Shown: one piece after another, positions 29,801-38,734 of the stretch
Layout: each line of letters starts with the position of its first letter
How positions within the stretch are numbered: the first letter of the stretch is position 1
Assembly: GCA_015061145.1 (NCBI GenBank)
Contig: SUXD01000004.1
Span: 36,931 to 100,930, forward strand
DNA: 64,000 nt
Source of the DNA: Bacteroidales bacterium
GTDB lineage: Bacteria > Bacteroidota > Bacteroidia > Bacteroidales > Paludibacteraceae
Direction: 5' to 3'
Notes under the pieces: model-generated
The model's database searches: none
Seen by the model: only the letters and a program-made list of their open reading frames with translations
Told to the model about the DNA's origin: nothing
Made by a program: the position numbers and the translations under genes

Positions 29801-31344
29801 GTCACTTGCGCAAACTGCTGACGGAAATAGTTGAAAAACACCTGCGGACGCTCGCTCAAAACCGCCAACGGCGTATCGTTGCCCATCGAGGCAGTCGGTT
29901 CTTGTCCGTTCACGGCCATCGGAATGACAGTTGACGACACATCCTCTTCGCCGTAACCAAACATTATCTCTTTCTGAATCAATTGGTCAACTGCGTTTTC
30001 CACATGGCGACCACTTTTCAGATTTTCCAACTGAATACGGTTGGTTGATAGCCATTGCCTGTAGGGGTGCTCATCAGCCAACTGTCTTTTTATTTCGCCA
30101 TCGTAGTATATCTTGCCCTCTTGCGTATCGATGAGCAAAATTTTTCCTGGCTGCAGCCGTCCTTTCTCTGCTATTTCTTGTGGAGCGAAATCCATCACGC
30201 CGACTTCAGAAGCCACTACCATCATATCGTTTTTGGTGATGGTGTATCGCGCCGGACGCAATCCGTTACGATCGAGCATACCACCAGCAAAGCGACCGTC
30301 GGAAAACAGCAAAGCTGCCGGACCGTCCCAAGGCTCCATCAAAATGGAGTGGTATTCGTAGAATGCTTTCAGATCTTCGCTGATAGGATTCTTATCGTTG
30401 AACGATTCAGGCACCAGCACCGACATGGCATGCGGCAACGAAAGTCCAGACATTACAAAAAACTCCAACGCATTATCCAAACTGGCCGAATCTGACATTT
30501 CCGGTTGTATGATAGGTGAAATAGCCTTCACATCGCCCAACGCACTGCCCGACAGCACCCCTTCTCGCGCCTGCATCCATGCACGGTTTCCGCGTATGGT
30601 GTTAATCTCGCCGTTGTGAGCCAGCAAACGGAAAGGCTGCGCCAAACTCCATGTCGGGAAAGTATTGGTACTGAAACGTGAATGCACCAAAGCCAACCCA
30701 CTTGTGAAATAAGGACTCGTAAGATCGGTAAAATACTCTCTCACTTGCATAGACGAAAGCATTCCTTTGTATATGATGTTGGAATTGCTCAAAGAACAGA
30801 TGTAGAAATCGGGATGAGTGACTCTCTTCTCTATTTTCTTTCTTATAATATACAATGTTCGCGCAAACGTGTCCAGTTTATCATCATCTACGCCTGTAAT
30901 GAAAATCTGCTTGATATCCGGTTCCGAACTTCTGGACTGCTCTCCCAAACAATCGGAATTTACTGGCACCTGACGCAAATGCGACAATTGCAACCCCGCG
31001 TGTTCAATCTCTTCAGTCATCACGGCTATTATCTCGCTCTGCAATTTCTCGTCTTTGGGCAAAAACACCAATCCCGTACCGTATTTCCCTTTTTCGGGCA
31101 CAGGAATACCCTGCAATAGGATAAACTCATGCGGAATCTGCAGCATGATGCCGGCTCCATCACCGTCCTTGCCCACTTCGGCGCCACGATGCCGCATATT
31201 CTCCAGCACTTTCAGCGCATTGTCAACTAATTCATGGCTCTTATTGCCGTGAATGTTCACAACCATTCCTACGCCACAAGCGTCATGCTCGTACGAACTT
31301 TGATAAAGTCCATTTTTTTGTTCTTGAAAATCTGCTGTACTCAT
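26863..31344 (-). CDS. gltB: Glutamate synthase large subunit
   Basis: 1493 aa. Ntn amidotransferase start (CGVGMV), FMN/3Fe-4S region ([38 protein letters not shown]) and the C-terminal GXGXG beta-helix. Confidence 0.95.
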   Translation of the reverse strand: [1493 protein letters not shown]

Positions 31345-31415
31345 ATCTTTACATTATTAAATAACGTTTTGACTTTGAAATCGATAAAATGGTTTCTTTT
31401 CGTTCGATTTCTTTG

Positions 31416-31423
31416 CAAAGTTA
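31416..31423 (-). promoter_or_regulatory. Candidate -7 box (TAacTTTG on the minus strand) for the gltB operon
   Basis: Plus strand caaagtta is the reverse complement of TAACTTTG, about 72 nt upstream of the gltB ATG. Confidence 0.35.
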
Positions 31424-31621
31424 CGCTAAAACGACACCTAAAAAATCTATTTTTTATCATTTTAATTTTATAAAAATAAAACTGATTTTAAACGCAAACC
31501 AAATTATGTAAATATGTTTTAAATTGAAATTAAAAACAGTAAAAATGTTACAGATTGAAACCGTGCGAATTTTCTAAAAATATAATGACGCACAATAACC
31601 TTATACGAAAACAAAATGAAA

Positions 31622-31629
31622 TAATTTTG
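31622..31629 (+). promoter_or_regulatory. Candidate -7 box (TAatTTTG) for glnK-amtB
   Basis: Exact TAnnTTTG match, 54 nt upstream of the glnK ATG. Confidence 0.4.
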
Positions 31630-31632
31630 CAT

Positions 31633-31644
31633 TGTCAATTGACA
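31633..31644. promoter_or_regulatory. Perfect 12-bp palindrome TGTCAATTGACA overlapping the predicted glnK transcription start
   Basis: tgtcaa|ttgaca begins 4 nt after the -7 box. This placement is operator-like. Confidence 0.3.
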
Positions 31645-31682
31645 TTATGACTTATTATTCATCTTTTAAATGACAAAATGAA

Positions 31683-32030
31683 ATGAAAAGAATTGAAGCC
31701 ATCATCCGAAAAACAAAGTTTGAGGATGTAAAAGAAGCCTTGCTGCAATCTGACATCGACTGGTTTGAGTATCATAATGTGCACGGCATCGGACAAAGCC
31801 GACAGGAGAGAATATACCGTGGCGTGCAGTACTCGACGGATGTGATAGAGCGCGTGGCGCTTACCATCGTCTGCCGCGACCCGTTAGTCGAACCGACAGT
31901 GAAAGTAATTTTGAGTGTAGCGCATACAGGCGAGATTGGCGACGGACGAATATTCGTCAGCGATATGATCGACACTTGGAGCATTCGCACCGGCGAGAAC
32001 GGCGATACCGTCTTGAGAGACAAAAAATAG
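31683..32030 (+). CDS. glnK: P-II nitrogen regulatory protein
   Basis: 115 aa. MKRIEAIIR start, T-loop-like segment GQSRQERIYRGVQY and C-terminal GDGRIFV. Directly upstream of amtB. Confidence 0.85.
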   Translation: MKRIEAIIRKTKFEDVKEALLQSDIDWFEYHNVHGIGQSRQERIYRGVQYSTDVIERVALTIVCRDPLVEPTVKVILSVAHTGEIGDGRIFVSDMIDTWSIRTGENGDTVLRDKK

Positions 32031-32059
32031 ATGAGTCAACTACAAAAAACTTTAATGTT

Positions 32060-33313
32060 ATGGAAGAAATTGGAATATCACTTGATACTGTATGGATGCT
32101 GTTGGCAGCCATGCTGGTTTTCTGGATGCAACCAGGCTTCGCATTGTGCGAGGCTGGATTCACACGAGGCAAGAACACTGCTAACATACTGATGAAAAAT
32201 TTTGTGGACTTCATGTTCGGTTCGTTGCTGTTCTTCTTCGTAGGCTTCGGATTCATGTTCGGAAGCGACGGCGCAGGATTTATCGGCGCGCCAAACTGTG
32301 GCGACCTCAGTTTTTACCATGGCGACCTGCCTGTTGAGGGCTTCCTGATTTTCGAGACAGTGTTCTGCGCTACTGCTGCCACTATCGTCAGCGGTGCTAT
32401 GGCAGAGCGTACTAAGTTCTCGATGTATTTGGTTTACAGTGCTGTAATCTCATTGTTCATTTACCCAATCGAGGGTCACTGGACATGGGGCGGAGGCTGG
32501 CTTTGCAGCGACGCTGCCGACGGCTTCATGATGAGCACTTTCGGCGACGTGTTCCACGATTTCGCTGGTTCGGCTATCGTGCACAGCGTAGGTGGTGTGC
32601 TGGCGCTCATCGGTGCTATGGCGCTCGGTCCACGCATCGGAAAATACGCTAAGGACGGCAAGAGCCGCGCTATTCCTGGTCACAACCTCGCTATGGCAGC
32701 TCTCGGAGTGTTCATCCTCTGGTTGGGCTGGTTCGGATTCAACCCAGGCTCTCAGCTTGCCGCTTCAGGCGAAGTTAACCGTGTGGCAATCTCTCACGTG
32801 TTCCTTACAACAAACCTTGCCGCAGTAGCAGGTGGTGTGGCAGTAATGTTCCTCACTTGGTTCAAGTATGGCAAGCCATCGCTCTCATTGACTTTGAACG
32901 GTGTGTTGGCAGGACTTGTGGGCATCACAGCTGGATGTGACCTAGTCTCTCCTGTAGGCGCAGTTGTAATCGGACTTATTTGCGGTATCGCATTGGTGTA
33001 CTCTATCGAATTCATTGACCGCAAGCTGCATATCGACGACCCTGTTGGTGCTGCTTCTGTACACGGTGTTTGCGGTATCCTCGGAACATTGATGACTGGA
33101 CTTCTGTCAACAACTAACGGCGCATTTTACGGTTTCGGATGGGGATTCTTCGGCGCTCAAACATTCGGCATTCTGATCATCGACCTTTGGACTGCAATTT
33201 GTGGATTCATTCTGTTCTTCGGTATAAAGAAGATACGCGGTCTACGTGTCGATAAGCGCGTGGAAGAGGAAGGACTTGACATTTACGAACACGGAGAAAG
33301 TTGTTACAACTAA
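32060..33313 (+). CDS. amtB: Ammonium transporter
   Basis: WMLLAAMLVFWMQPGFALCEAG, DFAGSAIVHSVGG and VHGVCGILGTL Amt signatures. The ATG at 32060 is chosen because the longer ORF would overlap glnK. Confidence 0.9.
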   Translation: MEEIGISLDTVWMLLAAMLVFWMQPGFALCEAGFTRGKNTANILMKNFVDFMFGSLLFFFVGFGFMFGSDGAGFIGAPNCGDLSFYHGDLPVEGFLIFETVFCATAATIVSGAMAERTKFSMYLVYSAVISLFIYPIEGHWTWGGGWLCSDAADGFMMSTFGDVFHDFAGSAIVHSVGGVLALIGAMALGPRIGKYAKDGKSRAIPGHNLAMAALGVFILWLGWFGFNPGSQLAASGEVNRVAISHVFLTTNLAAVAGGVAVMFLTWFKYGKPSLSLTLNGVLAGLVGITAGCDLVSPVGAVVIGLICGIALVYSIEFIDRKLHIDDPVGAASVHGVCGILGTLMTGLLSTTNGAFYGFGWGFFGAQTFGILIIDLWTAICGFILFFGIKKIRGLRVDKRVEEEGLDIYEHGESCYN

Positions 33314-33339
33314 AAATAACAAAAAAATATTTAAATGCT

Positions 33340-34077
33340 ATGAAAACAACAAGATATATATTAGCGGCTTTGCTGCTTATCGGTGCGACAAGCATCGCTG
33401 CACAAGAGAGTGCAGAGGGTACAGTAACCTCAACTGAAACACAAGAAAAGGAGAAAGTAGAAGCAACCATCGGTGCAGATTTTGTGAGCCAATACATTTG
33501 GCGCGGACAAGATTTGGGGAATATATCTATGCAACCGACTCTGGGTATCGGCTATAAGGGATTGAGCCTAAGCGCATGGGGAAGCGTAGGAGTGGATTCG
33601 AAAGACACAAAAGAAGTGGATCTCACGCTGAGTTATAGCATAAAAGGATTTAGCATTGGCGTGACAGACTACTGGTTTTCTGAAGGCAGATATTTCAAAT
33701 ACAAAGCACACCAGACGACGCATGTTTTTGAAGCTGGAGTCGGTTATGATTTCGATTTCTTGAGCATACAATGGTACACCAACTTTGCCGGCGATGATGG
33801 CGTGAATGAAGACGGCAAACGCGCCTACTCCAGCTATTTCGAGATTTCGGCACCATTCCGCTTGGGAGGACTGGACTGGACCGCAACTGTCGGTGCTGTG
33901 CCATACGCCACCTCGTTTTACAACACTTCGGGCTTTGCAATCACTAATGTCAGTATATGCGCCGCCAAAGAGTTTGTCGTCAAGGATAAACTGAATATCC
34001 CTGTTTACGCAAACCTCTCGGCAAACCCTCGTACTGAAAAAGTGTACCTTGTTTTTGGAGTATCATTCTCTATGTAA
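33340..34077 (+). CDS. Secreted beta-rich outer-membrane protein, putative porin (TorF-like)
   Basis: Signal peptide MKTTRYILAALLLIGATSIAAQ, alternating beta-strand pattern, aromatic C-terminus (VFGVSFSM) and a DFVSQYIWRGQDLG motif reminiscent of TorF-family porins. Confidence 0.5.
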   Translation: MKTTRYILAALLLIGATSIAAQESAEGTVTSTETQEKEKVEATIGADFVSQYIWRGQDLGNISMQPTLGIGYKGLSLSAWGSVGVDSKDTKEVDLTLSYSIKGFSIGVTDYWFSEGRYFKYKAHQTTHVFEAGVGYDFDFLSIQWYTNFAGDDGVNEDGKRAYSSYFEISAPFRLGGLDWTATVGAVPYATSFYNTSGFAITNVSICAAKEFVVKDKLNIPVYANLSANPRTEKVYLVFGVSFSM

Positions 34078-34103
34078 GCAATTGGCATATTCTCTTTTAG
34101 TCT

Positions 34104-35711
34104 ATGGAAACAAAATATATTTTCATCACTGGAGGCGTCACTTCATCACTTGGCAAGGGGATAATATCGGCATCTTTGGGAAAACTGTTGCAAACTAGGG
34201 GATACAAAATCACTATTCAAAAGTTCGACCCCTACATCAACATCGACCCTGGAACACTGAACCCTTACGAGCACGGCGAATGCTATGTGACCGCCGACGG
34301 ACAGGAAACTGACCTCGACCTCGGCCATTACGAGCGGTTCACGGGCATACAGACCACGCGCGACAACAGCGTGACTACCGGACGCATATATCAAAGCGTA
34401 ATTGAACGCGAGCGACACGGCGACTATCTGGGGAAAACCATTCAGGTGGTGCCACACATTACCGACGAAATCAAGCGCCGCATCCTGCTTAATGCGACAA
34501 AAGAGAATTTTGACTTTGTCATCACCGAAATAGGCGGCACCATTGGCGACATCGAAAGCCAACCGTTTCTTGAAGCCATCAGACAATTGCGATGGGAATT
34601 GGGACCAGAAAGAGCGTTGAATGTCCATTTGACTTATGTACCCTATCTGGCCGCAGCTGGAGAATTGAAAACCAAACCGACACAGACCAGCGTGAAACAA
34701 CTGCAAGGATTCGGCATTCAGCCAGAAGTGCTGGTATTACGCACAGAACACGAACTGAGCGACGAACTCAAGCAAAAAGTAGCGCATTTCTGCAATGTCG
34801 ACAGCAAAGCCGTCATCCAAAGCCAGGATTTGCCAAGCATCTACGAAGTTCCCGTGAACATGCAACGACAAGGACTTGACTCCATCTGTCTGAAAAAAAT
34901 GGGCATAGAAGTAGGTCCGACACCAGAACTCGGCGCATGGCATTCGTTTCTCGAACGGCGCCAAAAAGCTACCGAGACATTAAATATCGGACTTGTCGGG
35001 AAATACGACCTGCAAGATGCTTACAAAAGCATACTCGAGAGCCTCGCCCATGCCGGCACCTATCACGACCGCAAAGTGAACGCCATTTTCATCAACAGCG
35101 AAAACATCACGCGCGACAATGTAGCTGAAAAATTGGCGGGAATGGCAGGAGTCGTCATCTGTCCAGGTTTCGGCCAAAGAGGAACCGAAGGAAAAATTAC
35201 CGCTGCAGAATACACCCGCACACATGACATCCCCACTTTCGGCATCTGCCTAGGCATGCAAATGATGGTCATAGAATTTGCGCGAAATGTGCTGGGCTAC
35301 GCTGATGCAAACAGCAGCGAAATGGACAGCAAGACAAAACATAATGTCATCGACATGATGGAAGAACAGAAAAAAATAACGCAAATGGGCGGCACCATGC
35401 GACTAGGCGCTTACGAATGCGAAATTGTGAAAGGAAGCAAAACATGGAAAGCATACGGAAAAGACCAACTCATCAAAGAACGGCACCGCCACCGCTACGA
35501 ATTCAACAACGAATACATTGATGAATTTGAGCGGCACGGCATGAAATGCACAGGTATCAATCCGTCAGCAAATCTAGTGGAGATAGTGGAAATACCGAAA
35601 CTTAAATGGTATATCGGCACGCAATTCCATCCCGAATACAGTTCAACCGTACTCCACCCCCATCCGTTATTCATGAGTTTTATAAAGAATTGTATCAATA
35701 AAAAATCATAA
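34104..35711 (+). CDS. pyrG: CTP synthase
   Basis: KYIFITGGVTSSLGKGI start, GGTIGDIESQPFLEA, and the glutaminase triad context GICLGMQ...HRHRYE. Confidence 0.95.
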   Translation: METKYIFITGGVTSSLGKGIISASLGKLLQTRGYKITIQKFDPYINIDPGTLNPYEHGECYVTADGQETDLDLGHYERFTGIQTTRDNSVTTGRIYQSVIERERHGDYLGKTIQVVPHITDEIKRRILLNATKENFDFVITEIGGTIGDIESQPFLEAIRQLRWELGPERALNVHLTYVPYLAAAGELKTKPTQTSVKQLQGFGIQPEVLVLRTEHELSDELKQKVAHFCNVDSKAVIQSQDLPSIYEVPVNMQRQGLDSICLKKMGIEVGPTPELGAWHSFLERRQKATETLNIGLVGKYDLQDAYKSILESLAHAGTYHDRKVNAIFINSENITRDNVAEKLAGMAGVVICPGFGQRGTEGKITAAEYTRTHDIPTFGICLGMQMMVIEFARNVLGYADANSSEMDSKTKHNVIDMMEEQKKITQMGGTMRLGAYECEIVKGSKTWKAYGKDQLIKERHRHRYEFNNEYIDEFERHGMKCTGINPSANLVEIVEIPKLKWYIGTQFHPEYSSTVLHPHPLFMSFIKNCINKKS

Positions 35712-35715
35712 AATT

Positions 35716-37380
35716 ATGTGTGGTATCGTAGGTATATTTAACGTGAAAGCGCAAACGCCAGCGTTGCGCCAAAAAGCATTGCGTATGAGTCAGAAAATAC
35801 GCCATCGCGGTCCCGATTGGAGCGGAATTTACTGTGGCGGCAGCGCCATTCTGGCGCACGAAAGGTTAAGCATTGTCAATCCGGAATCGGGCGGACAGCC
35901 ATTGTATTCGCCCGACAGAAAACAAGTGCTTGCCGTGAACGGCGAGATATACAACCATCGCGACATAAGGAAAAATTACGCTGGGAAATACGATTTCCAG
36001 ACTGGCAGCGACTGTGAAGTGGTTCTCGCACTCTATCGCGAAAAAGGCATCCATTTTCTGGACGACCTCAACGGCATTTTCGCCTTCGCCCTCTACGACG
36101 AAGAACACGATGAGTTTCTGATTGCACGCGACCCTATCGGCGTAATTCCTCTTTATATCGGCTACGACGATGACGGAACCGTTTATGTGGCCTCGGAGCT
36201 GAAAGCACTCGAAGGGCAATGCCAACGCTATGAACCATTCTTACCCGGACACTACTATTGGAGCCGAGAGCCTGGCATGAAAAAATACTACACGCGCGAC
36301 TGGATGGAATATGAGGCGGTGAAAAATAATCCGGCAAGTGTCAGCTCCATCCACGATGCGCTCGAAAGCGCTGTGAAACGACAGCTGATGTCTGATGTGC
36401 CCTACGGCGTACTGCTGAGCGGCGGGCTCGACTCCTCAGTCATATCTGCTATCGCCGAAAAATTCAGCGAACACCGCATAGAAGACAATTCTATGACACG
36501 CGCCTATTGGCCTCGCCTGCATAGCTTCGCCGTAGGACTGAAAGGTGCCCCCGACCTTGCCAAAGCACGATTGGTAGCCGATCACATCGGCACCGTGCAT
36601 CACGAAATCAACTATACTATTCAAGAAGGATTGGATGCTATACGCGATGTCATTTACTTTATTGAAACATACGATGTTACAACCGTTCGCGCCTCAACAC
36701 CTATGTATCTGCTCGCTCGCGTCATCAAGTCGATGGGCATCAAAATGGTGCTGTCGGGCGAAGGCGCCGACGAGATATTCGGCGGCTACCTCTATTTCCA
36801 CAAAGCGCCGTCGGCAAAAGCCTTCCACGAAGAAACGGTTCGCAAACTCTCTAAACTCTATCTTTACGACTGCCTTCGTGCCAACAAAAGTCTCGCGGCA
36901 TGGGGCGTTGAAGGGCGTGTGCCGTTTCTCGACAAAGAGTTCCTTGATGTGGCCATGCGCACCAACCCCGAGGCAAAAATGTGCATAGGACAGACCGTAG
37001 AAAAGAAAATTGTGCGCGAAGCCTTTTCCAATATGCTGCCAGCCGAAGTGGCTTGGCGACAAAAGGAACAATTCAGCGACGGTGTGGGCTACTCATGGAT
37101 TGATACGCTCAAAAAAATCACTTCTGAAGCCGTGAGCGACGAACAGATGGCGCATGCAGCCGAACGATTCCCTATCAATACGCCGCTCAACAAAGAAGAG
37201 TATTACTACCGCAGCATATTCGCTGAGCATTTTCCAAGCGAAAGCGCCGCACGCAGCGTGAACCAAGAGGCCAGCGTAGCTTGCTCCACCGCCATCGCAT
37301 TAGAATGGGATGCGGCATTCAAGAATATGAACGACCCAAGCGGACGCGCCGTGAAAGGCGTACACGAACAGGCGTACTGA
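35716..37380 (+). CDS. asnB: Asparagine synthase B (glutamine-hydrolysing)
   Basis: MCGIVGIF Ntn start and SGGLDSS PP-loop. 554 aa. Confidence 0.95.
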   Translation: MCGIVGIFNVKAQTPALRQKALRMSQKIRHRGPDWSGIYCGGSAILAHERLSIVNPESGGQPLYSPDRKQVLAVNGEIYNHRDIRKNYAGKYDFQTGSDCEVVLALYREKGIHFLDDLNGIFAFALYDEEHDEFLIARDPIGVIPLYIGYDDDGTVYVASELKALEGQCQRYEPFLPGHYYWSREPGMKKYYTRDWMEYEAVKNNPASVSSIHDALESAVKRQLMSDVPYGVLLSGGLDSSVISAIAEKFSEHRIEDNSMTRAYWPRLHSFAVGLKGAPDLAKARLVADHIGTVHHEINYTIQEGLDAIRDVIYFIETYDVTTVRASTPMYLLARVIKSMGIKMVLSGEGADEIFGGYLYFHKAPSAKAFHEETVRKLSKLYLYDCLRANKSLAAWGVEGRVPFLDKEFLDVAMRTNPEAKMCIGQTVEKKIVREAFSNMLPAEVAWRQKEQFSDGVGYSWIDTLKKITSEAVSDEQMAHAAERFPINTPLNKEEYYYRSIFAEHFPSESAARSVNQEASVACSTAIALEWDAAFKNMNDPSGRAVKGVHEQAY

Positions 37381-37405
37381 CAATTACATTGACTTTCAGA
37401 TATTT

Positions 37406-37441
37406 ACGATGGAGCGGTGAAATCCGCTCCATCGTTTTTTC
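37406..37441 (+). terminator. Intrinsic terminator after asnB
   Basis: 12-bp perfect stem acgatggagcgg / ccgctccatcgt with loop tgaaat, followed by T6. Confidence 0.75.
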
Positions 37442-37460
37442 ACTTGTGTGCAACATTTAC

Positions 37461-37468
37461 TATCTTTG
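37461..37468 (+). promoter_or_regulatory. -7 box (TAtcTTTG) for mnmD-like gene
   Basis: Exact TAnnTTTG match, 14 nt upstream of ATG 37482. Confidence 0.4.
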
Positions 37469-37481
37469 CAAAAAATGAAAA

Positions 37482-38141
37482 ATGACAACCATTCTTACTA
37501 CCACAGCCGACGGATCGAACACACTTTTCGTACCCGAAATTGACGAATGCTATCATTCGACAAACGGCGCTATACAAGAGAGCGAATATATATTTATAGA
37601 ACATGCTTTAAGATACCATTCGCAAACAAATGTCGAAGTGCTTGAAATCGGATTCGGCACAGGCTTGAATGATTTTCTCACGCTTTTGGAAGCCGAACGC
37701 ACTGGCAGAAAAGTTCATCTTACTACCATAGAATTATATCCCATTCCTGAGCAAACAGCTGATTTACTGAATTTTGCAAAAATTATTGCTCCTAAAAATA
37801 TAGACGATTTTAAGAAGTTGCACGCTTGTGCATGGGGCGAGGAAGTGACAATCACACCTCATTTTTCACTTACAAAAATTCAAACAGACTTTACCAAATA
37901 CCATTTCGGACAAACATATGATGTGATATATTTCGATGCTTTCTCGCCCGAAAAGCAGCCTGAAATGTGGAGCGAAGAAATTTTTGAAAAACTATACCTC
38001 GCCACCAGCCCCGAAGGCGTGCTCACCACCTACTGCGCCAAAGGCGCCGTACGCCGAGCGATGCAAAAGGCCGGATACACCGTAGAACGCTTGCCTGGTC
38101 CTATTGGCAAACGCGAAATACTGCGCGCCACGAAAAAATAA
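37482..38141 (+). CDS. mnmD: tRNA (mnm5s2U34)-methyltransferase, MnmC C-terminal-domain type (MnmD)
   Basis: 219 aa. VLEIGFGTGLN SAM motif and DVIYFDAFSPEKQPEMWS signature of the MnmC methyltransferase domain. Confidence 0.8.
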   Translation: MTTILTTTADGSNTLFVPEIDECYHSTNGAIQESEYIFIEHALRYHSQTNVEVLEIGFGTGLNDFLTLLEAERTGRKVHLTTIELYPIPEQTADLLNFAKIIAPKNIDDFKKLHACAWGEEVTITPHFSLTKIQTDFTKYHFGQTYDVIYFDAFSPEKQPEMWSEEIFEKLYLATSPEGVLTTYCAKGAVRRAMQKAGYTVERLPGPIGKREILRATKK

Positions 38142-38194
38142 AATTGCATTTTCGTATTTTTTTACTACTTTTACAAAAGTATATCACGCAAGCT

Positions 38195-38530
38195 ATGGGA
38201 AATATATTTGTCATACTTATCGTTATCGGCATCATGATACTCAAATCGATGGCGAACAAACCGGACAAAAAGAAAAATACGCAACAGCCAACAGCCACCG
38301 TTGTACCGCCACAGCCGCCGAAATCCGCACCACAAAAAACAGTAAAGAAAAAAAACGAGATGTTTCTGAACGAAGAAGCGAAAATAGGCACCAAAACGCA
38401 ATGGAAGGAAACCAAACCCATTGAGTTTGAGTCCGCATCTGAAAATACGCCGAAAATCGACCTTTCGGATACCGACGAACTAAAGCGCGCCGTTCTCTAC
38501 TCGGAAATTCTGCACAGAAAATACGAATAA
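38195..38530 (+). CDS. Hypothetical small membrane-anchored protein
   Basis: N-terminal TM helix (IFVILIVIGIMIL), a Lys/Pro/Gln-rich linker and a short conserved-looking C-terminus (ELKRAVLYSEILHRKYE). No recognisable domain. Confidence 0.45.
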   Translation: MGNIFVILIVIGIMILKSMANKPDKKKNTQQPTATVVPPQPPKSAPQKTVKKKNEMFLNEEAKIGTKTQWKETKPIEFESASENTPKIDLSDTDELKRAVLYSEILHRKYE

Positions 38531-38734
38531 CCCTCCCTATTTAAAACCCTACTGATTACAATTTATTACAAATTGCCTGCATTTTTCAATTTAATATAAC
38601 AATTAGCAATTAAAATCGGCTTTTTTAAGTAATAATTCTCACAAAGAATAAAATAATCTTTCATTTTGCACTGCCACACCCCGTTTTTTAATACAATCGC
38701 TGTAATTTTGTCTTGTCATAAAAATTACACAGTC

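Noticed and set aside
31976-32059. Extended 5' ends offered by the ORF track for amtB (31976), the second amt (38666), dusB (53434), gltD (26897), oadA (20836), the U32 gene (53676), lepB (6180), aroB (3039) and the porin (33301).
   Set aside because: The extensions overlap upstream genes or promoter boxes, or use TTG. Conserved N-termini or signal peptides begin at internal ATGs, and those were used instead.
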